Shown here: piece by piece, positions 10,501 through 19,500 of the stretch
Numbering within the stretch: position 1 is the first letter of the stretch
Layout of the letters: every line of letters starts with the position of its first letter
DNA from: Barthelona sp. PCE
Taxonomy: Eukaryota
Direction of reading: 5' to 3'
DNA: 64,000 nt
Assembly (NCBI GenBank): GCA_040285745.1
Contig: JAUFOR010000006.1
Span: forward strand, 186,001-250,000
Notes under the pieces: model-generated
Database searches by the model: none
What the model was told of the DNA's origin: nothing
What the model saw: the letters and a program-made list of their open reading frames with translations, nothing else
Position numbers and translations under genes: made by a program

Positions 10501-13500
10501 TTTTATCTGTGATAGAAGCCATGATACGCTTCTTCTTTGCTTGACCAAGTGTTTTAAGGAAAGTTTGCCAGTATCGAACTTGTTCTACATCCGAAATGGT
10601 AATAACATACATACAATCTTCGTTGTTGAAGACAGTCTGTGTAAAATCATCAATAGACTGCATATGCTGCAATTTCATGGAAGATATATCCTCGAAAACA
10701 TTGAAAAGGTGATCAGGACTGGGACAAAAGAGTGGTACGACTCCAACATCACAAAAACTACATAGGGCACCGATTTTAATGAAAACAATCTCGTCACAGA
10801 TAATGGGAACAGAATGATGACTCTTATAACGAAGATATTTTGTGATAAAAGGAACGAATTTCAAAAGCTCATTTGAAGCTAGTTTTCGATCAAACATAGT
10901 ATAATTATCCTTCTTAATGTACTCCGTGTACATGTTATCGTCCATAAGAGAAACAATGATAACATGGAAGATTGCCTGCATCTGTGCATAACAAACTTCT
11001 ACCTCCGTCATACCCACGTAGGGGAATTCCACTTTGAATCGTTCAAACACAGAGGTAAGCTTGGGTTTCATATCTACAATACGGGATAACTCCCTTTCGA
11101 CTTGTTCAAGTTTATCCTCGATTTCTACCAGTTCAAGTGAATTGGTCTGCATTGCTTCACGAGCCAAATCTGCATTCTTACTCATTTCCTCGAGTTCATC
11201 CATGGCTTCAATACTACATTCTAGTGCTTCTTCACCGGAAGAGCCTAAACAAGGATTATGTTGCTTCTGGATCTCCACAGATACAATTTTCTGTGCACAT
11301 TCCTGTATGACAATGTTCTTCTCCTCAATATCCCTCTTAAGCTGATCTCTGAGAACCTCAAAATGATCAATCTGTGATGTAATCAATGAACCCATCCTTT
11401 TCACCTTGTTGACCTTGGCACTGATATCAGCAATAATCTTACTCATCTCAATACCATTACGTGTTACAATCATAGCAGCTGAAAATCCAACACTTAACCC
11501 AATGCGTGAAAGAATATCACTGCGTGCATACTGTTCAACCTTGGGCATAACCTGTACTAAATCAAACTGCGCATTAAAATCACTGAAATGTAAGAAATGC
11601 GTTTTGAGATGGTCGAACAATGCTTCGTTCTCCTTCTCTCGTTTAGCACCTTCAACGCCGCGCATCTTCCTTGATAGCTCACGTAGTGTACTAACAGGAT
11701 CATCTCCTTTGAATATATCCGGAAATGGTGGAATTGTATCGTTCTGTTTAAGTGATATATGATCATTACTAAGGGCTGAACGAAGCCTGATCAATTCTTG
11801 GAAGACTAACGGGAAACTAGTATGGATATGCATTTGCTTCTCCTCATTTCTAATAACCTCATACATTCTCATGTACTCAGCTCTCTCTTCCTTAGCATAT
11901 GAATGTGATACTGTATCTGCTGTGATGACCTCTATGGGAACATCTGATGACAAATGTTGATTAATACTACCAACAACAATTCCTACAGTTGTTACGCGAT
12001 CAAACATTGCAATCTTACGCTGAACAAAATCACCAAACACTGTATCAGTCTCACATACAAAAACAATCTTAAATTGTCCTTTAATGTGCATTAATTCCAA
12101 TAAATCTGAGAGTACACGTTCTTTGTGGTTAATATACTCCACCTCTGAAAGAATTATAAGTGTAGGACAGTTGCTCGTGAGCATCTCCTTGTGTTTAAGC
12201 GCATCAGCAAATGCTATAGGTCTGTAATGAAGGAATTCAGCAAATTCGTAGCATTTTTCAAACTCAATATTGGGGAAAGTCAATCCATCAGCAATTACTG
12301 GATTAACGACAACTCTAACTACCTTATGAGGGTCACTGATAACAGAAAATGCCTGAAGGACTTGACAAACAGGAATTGTGAACTTCTTGGAATATTTCTT
12401 AACGAATGGTACGTTCCATGGAAGAAGCTGCATACAGAACTCATCACAGTCATCTTCTGTGAAGATACGTGTGCTATATTGCTTGGATTCGGTGTCGTAC
12501 AGGTCTATAGCGAATGTGTTTTTGCTGAAATCAATTCTAGACAGGGTGCTTAACGAACCAAGACCTGAAATGATTTCTTTGCGCTTATCTGGAGGGAGTA
12601 ATGTAAGCATTGGACGACAAGTAGAAACATAAAGCATGAACAATAACTTAAAATCTTCTAAATTAATGTTTAGTTTTTCCTCTCCACTCTTTTCCATCAG
12701 AATGACGCGGAAGCCACGGAAAAACGCCTTAATGGGTTCAAAAAAGAGCTTACTGCCATGGAAAGGTGATTCAGAAACAACAGCTGCAAGTAACTCAGAC
12801 ATTGCAGCCAGAGCACCAACAACTTTCTCTCTTGTTTCAACAGTGACACCATTGCGTTCAATAAGAATAACATCAGTTAATGTAGTGATGATGTCTGTAA
12901 TACGACCAGGATAAAAATTATTTAAAGACCATTTAAACGCAGTTCGATCAATGCTATTTTCACTAACTATGGATGGATGTTCATAGTATAGGAAGCCAAG
13001 ACCGACAGCACGGACATGTGCGGGGTTGAGACAGATACGACCAAAAAGACAACCGTGTAGGAACTCTTGGAGTTCTGGTTTAGCAATATTAATATTATCA
13101 AAAGTGAATATACCTAAATCTAGAGCAGAATTTTTGGGTTTAATAACATCAAAACGTGTAAAAACAGTTTCATTCAGAACAAGATCTCTCATGGCATCAT
13201 AAGAAATAGTTTCCACATCTACACGATTGGTAACACTGGAAAAATCAAACTCCTCAATAAAACTTGAAAATAGATTACCAAACCAGTTTGTCATTCCTAA
13301 ACCTTGATCACCAACGAGTTTAATGGTGATAGATCGATCAATCAATTGACTGGAAGAACCAACAAATGCAAAACCAATTATATGTTGATCAAATATAAAC
13401 GGTACATCAACTATGAAATCAAGATTGTAAGCCAAAGAACGATTATGAGTGTACATATTCTTCAATAAGACGCGAGCTGAACGCCATCCACCAGTAACCA

Positions 13501-16500
13501 AACAAGGAACATAATCATAAAGTTGATCTTCACTGAGAGTACTTCCCTTATACTCGAGATACTCTGCATCCATAATTTCAAGCAAATGACTGACAGCAAT
13601 ACCAATAGTATCCATACTTACACCGCTACAAGCACCCCAAATGAGTGCGAAAAGACATGCACGTTGAGACAGAGCAAGTACATTAGAACTGTTAAGGATT
13701 GATTTCCTATTCCAAAGTATTAAGATACCACCCAATATGTTGAGAGAGAATAACAGAGACTTGTGGGCGACCTGCGCCTCAGGGTCAGTATCTTTAACAA
13801 CTTTGACAAGTGAATCAAAATAACTTCCATAAAAAGTTCCAAAATGTTCAACAAAATCAAAATCTAGGAAAGAAAACATTTCATTACAACGGTTTCCAAA
13901 CTTCTCAATGATGCTATACGTATCAATTACAGTACTGGAGCATTTAACAACTGGATTACCGTATGAAGAGACTAAATCATGATCCATTGTTTCAACCACA
14001 ATAATCTCATCAACATCCATTTTCATTGGTTCGTTAAAATGTTCTAAAATATTATCAGTTTCAACAACATTAACCTTCATATGTGTAGTTAGATCACAGT
14101 GAACATCACTACTTTCTTTTTGTGCCTTACTAAACAAGTCATGATGAACAATAGCAACTGCATTTTTCTCTAAGAAAGTATAATGGATTGGTCGAGAAGC
14201 GTGACGTAAATGACAGTTTGGAGGTACATAAAAGACTCTAGCTTGTTGTTCGTTGGGTTCACAATGGAAAAATTTCATCGGAACGCGACTCAAAACCGTT
14301 TCTAATACTAAGGAAAGCGTTGTTTTTCCAGTGAAATTACCTCCAGTAATAACAGAACCTGAAAACAAAATACAACGTAGTATAAGACCACGGAAAACGC
14401 GCATGAAACTAGTTGTTGGTGTAAGATGTAACTCATTCAATACATCTAAACACACCTCATCAATCTGTACCATCAAGTGTTCTCTTCTCTCTGATACAGG
14501 AGCAAAGAATGTAGAAATGGGTTCAAGAATACTAAAGTCATCACAATAACTATCCTTACCGAACGCCTTCTGGATCATTTGCTTAAAGATTGTCATTTCA
14601 CTGGTTGGTTGTGCACCATCAAAGAATGGTTCACCACTATTCATCATCTTATCAATAACAGAAGGGGTATGTTTCTGTCCCTTAGAAGTTTTCTCCTTAG
14701 GCTGGATCTCGCGGATATCGAGGATAACAGTATCGTCAAGGGATGACTGTAAGTATACTGAAAGGACTTCACCAATCAATGATAATTCATGCAACATGAT
14801 AGGGTTATTAGAATTGAATGACAAATCTTCACGAATATAATGCTCAATATTCTTACTCATCTGAGGGTATTCAGTGTTTCTTAATAAAGTACAACAAACG
14901 TCAAAGATGACAATAATTTGATGCACATTTAGATAACTGGAAAAAGTTGAAGAAAACAGCTGAATAAACCAACTCACTATAATACCAACAGAACATGGAC
15001 ATACTAGACCTTGATGTCGGAGATAATTGACCACAAATCCATCTAAATCATAATCACCAAGCTTAATGTGCCAATAATAATCTTTATCAACAAACTGATT
15101 TGTCGTCATCACAATTGCACCATCATAGTTAGCATCAGTGGATACAGTCATGAGTGGAAGTTCTAATTGTTCTCTCTTAAGATAATGAGATGTTAAAAGA
15201 TATCTACTACACTCATCAAAAATGATTTGAGTTTCTTCAGGTAGGTCAACGTAGTTCTTAAGTATGAGTGTACAAGAAATTGAAGATGCACCAGCCATGA
15301 GGCGAGATATACCCTTGGGATTTATCGAACGACTCATTGATATTGTGTAACACTTACAACCAAGTAAATAAGAAGCAAATTCACAGTTTGATTCGCGACC
15401 CATGTTCGGTTGGCCCTGGTAGACAGCAACTCCTGCAATATTTGAATGATAGAATGGTAATTTAGTTACAAAATCAAGCATATTACGTGTTATTGCAAAA
15501 AATGAATGCATACGTTTGTTGACAGGCGTTTTAATAGCAAAATGATACTTCATTGGTGTGATAACACCAGTCAGAATATTAATACCGATGGAACCCGTCT
15601 CCTCATCTTTTGTAAGCTCAAATCGAGGAAAATGCTGCCAAATTGAATCTTCTACAGAACGTACTTGCTCAGCTTGCATAGCAATCACACAATCACGACA
15701 CATAACAATAGCGGTTAAACAGCATTGAAGTTTGAGGATCTGAGCATTCTGATGAGAATCATTTTTAAGTGTTCCAGCTACTGAATGGATCATACTCTGT
15801 AACCGTGATAGACAGTCTGTATACTCATTCTGCAATGTCTTTAGCAAAGATCGCAATTCAGCATGATGAGAGAAAGCTTGGTTCATACGTTGAGTGAAAT
15901 CAATCATGATAGAAACAAACACACTTTGCGAGGGATACTGATCTATCAAATCAACCAGACTCTTCAGATTAAAATTTTGACGGCATGTAAGAATAGAATT
16001 CTTAACAGCCATAGGAATATATTTTTCCAAAAACAAGTTACAGTGATGACATCGATCATCCGTAACGGCCATATCCAAAAGATCTGATACGGGATCCACC
16101 AGTGGGAATACCTCACCAGCTACGTTAACAACAGCTGTGATGTAATCTCCTTCAACTAATACACGTTGACAACCAGGTGCAATTGAATTTGCAACATCAT
16201 CCTTGATTATATCAGACAGACGAGCGCCTGGCATTGAGATGGCACCCATAAGGTCCAACAATTGAATGGGAGATACAAAGAATAGATGCGGTAATGTAGA
16301 ACAAATGTAGTTAAGATCAGATGATAATATATCTGCTAAATGTTCACATTCCTTCAACAAATTTGGTAAAATAAAATCACCGATTGGGTTAGGGACGAAA
16401 GATAATCCATCAAAATTAAGGAAAAACTTTAAAATCAAAAAATGTTCATTTTTTGACTTTGAATAGATAGACTCCCATGAATCTAAACGCTCAACAAGCG

Positions 16501-19500
16501 TATCGTAGACATGGGAGCTCACATGCAACACCTTGTTATCGACAGCGTATCTAATTAGATGTAATTTTTTGATCAACGATTGGGTTTGCTGGAGAACAGC
16601 AACAGACTGGTGGAAGAACTTCATCATATTAATCATAGTATCCACAATCTTCAGTGTACTGCTGCCAACGTCCTTACCAATTGCAACATGCTCTTGTGTA
16701 TCAGCGAGGATACGTAACTGAGAAAAAGAGTCATATCCGTCATCAGTTGCGATAACGATTGAGTGGTGGATTGTCGACATCTGCTCTTCGTTGAACATTG
16801 GGAGACCCAAGAACTCAGTTGTTTTGAATGTTGATGCTTGTAAACGATCTACAAAGGTAGAAACTGAATTGAAAACACGATCTTCTTCATTGAAGATGTC
16901 TAAAAGCTTGAACAGCTCCTTATGACGGTCAATTAGGTTAAGAGAGATCAAGTGCTGAACTGTGAATTGCAACTTACTATTACTTGTAATAACGTTGTTC
17001 ATCTCTGAGATGAACTCGGCGCTACCAAACTGTGCTACGATCTGAGAGAACTTATGTGATGTCAAATTGGTCTCCGATAGACGCTCGACTACCATCTGTA
17101 ACTCAAAGAAACGTTTTAGAGTAGTTGATATCAAAACAACAATTGGTGATTTCACCACAATCGGTGCTCTATCCCTTGTCAGGTTGTCAAGCTTGGCCTT
17201 AAAGCTCCTTGACTTTTCTTTGAGCGTGTTAAGATCGATGCTATCAACTGTCTCTAACAAGAAACCTTTCCAATGATCATTAGTTTCGTTGTAGAACGAA
17301 ATAACACTTTCAGCATAGGATATCTCTTCCTTAACCTGTTTAAAGCCTTCAGGGAAAGTAATGACTAAGTCATCAACAACAGTCTTTCCTGAAAGACACA
17401 CTTTCACATTTTCTTCTATTTCTCTCAACAAAACACCATATTCATTAGCTCTTCTGATTGTCTCCTCCGGTTCTAGATCAAGGGCAAACAATGCATTTGA
17501 TTCAAACATTGACATCAATCGAGTACTCTCCATGGAAATCGATTCTTTTAGTTGTGAAATCTTCTGAATGATGTCACTCTTGGCCTCAAGAATATTCTGC
17601 TGCAGGGCCTCCACCTGGTTCATTGCGCGGTCAAACATATCAGAAGCAACAAGCTTGAAGAATGCTTCTTGAACATCTTCAACGCGAGAAAGTGGAAAAA
17701 CGGCATATGCGTTTAACGTTGCCAAAATATCATCGTTATGGTGGAATTCGCTTGCCAACGACTTGAGTGTGTTTCTTGTTCCTCCAGAGAAGGAAGAAAA
17801 CATTGATGTTGAGGTGTTGCGTGTAAATGAAGTAAAGCCTGTAAGACCTGTTCGATCACTCCTCTTACTGCCCATAGAGAACCCAGTACCGCTCGTCAAA
17901 GCTGTGTAAACAGAACGATCATCATCATCGTTCTTTGCACTGAAGAATTGAGTGACTAAACCTCTACGCTTAGCGTCTTCAGCAGAGAAAGCCATGGACA
18001 TCATCTCACGCATCAGCTTGCGTACAGCATAACCACGGAAAACACGTTGAATGATAAGAGCAGCTGCATTCATTTCTTCATCGTTCCTCTTCTTCTTTCC
18101 TGGTAAATTAATAGACGGAACCCGTAAACCACTACGACCAGAGACTCCACTCATACCACTCACACCGGAATGGAAAGAATCCACGGAATTCATGGAAGCA
18201 AGACTTGAACGACGTGATATGGATCTGCTACCGGGATGAGAGGAAAGGAAACTTGCGTTGGTAGAACCACCACCCATTTCTTTTTTACGTTGAGATTTAA
18301 CAGACTTATAACGCTTTTGAACTGTTTCAGCAAAGAATTGTAATGGTCCAGAAACTTTATGAGCAGCAATTGCAGTTCTGAAATTAGGAAATAATTCAGC
18401 TGCGTAAAAGACACTTTCGTGACTCATTGAAGTATCGTAACGTTCGAGAAGAAGATATCCCTCTTCAACATCCTTAAGCTGCAAGTCAACATCAATACGT
18501 GCGTCAGAAGCCTTCTGAACAACATGCTGTAACTGATGGAAAGTGCTTAAATCACTCAAATCTGAATGAGCACTGGAAAGAATATCTTCACAACTTCTAA
18601 TAATAGTCTCCAAGACAAACACGCACTTCTTGCGCAAGAAAGAAGCAATCACATCAAACCAATGTGTAAGCTCTGTGTTGAGTGCGTTCTTCATTGCTAC
18701 TGTTTTTAAACAAACGGATTTAATATTGCCAAAAGTGATGAAATCAGGGATACTAAACAGCTTACTGCGTACATCTGCGAGACCATCGAATTGCTTCTCA
18801 AACTCTATTGATGAGATACTCTCCTTCTCCAGATAAGCAAGCTCTACCTCTGGCTGTTTGGTAATGATCCACTTAAAAGTATCCAAGAACGTCGAACAAC
18901 GTAACTGGATTGGATCACCTAACTTACGGAAGTAAGATTGAGTACGGAAAATTGGAATAAAAAGTTCTTTGTTAAGAACAGAATCAACGTCAAAGAATTG
19001 TGTAATGAATTGATTTTCCCTCAAACTAGAAAATACACGTTGCCACATACTGGAAATCTCCTTCTGGATGACAGCTAGACTTAAATTCGTTGTAATAGAA
19101 GGAATTTCAAGTTGCATACTGATGAAAAACAAAGGATTTTTCGAACTTTTGAAATCAGTGTAAAATTTGTTGAATGAGTAATGTATAATCTGTTTAAAGC
19201 ACAGATATAAATCTCTGAATAAAATGCTACAATGATCGTCTTGTTTCAAATCACTGATAGAAGAAGATGTTAAGCCAACAAAGCAAGCTAATTCATTCAA
19301 GACTTCCCCGGCTGATGTCAAGATAGCCTCAACAACCTTCATATTACTGCGAATATTTGTCTCAAAATATGAGATGAGATCTGAAAGACTTCTAACATTG
19401 GTCATGTGACGATTTTCCGAATCGTACATGCGACGCAGTGTGTTTTGGTGGGAACGACGGGTGGTGGCAGGGTTCAAACGTTGTGTAAGACGTGTGGCAG

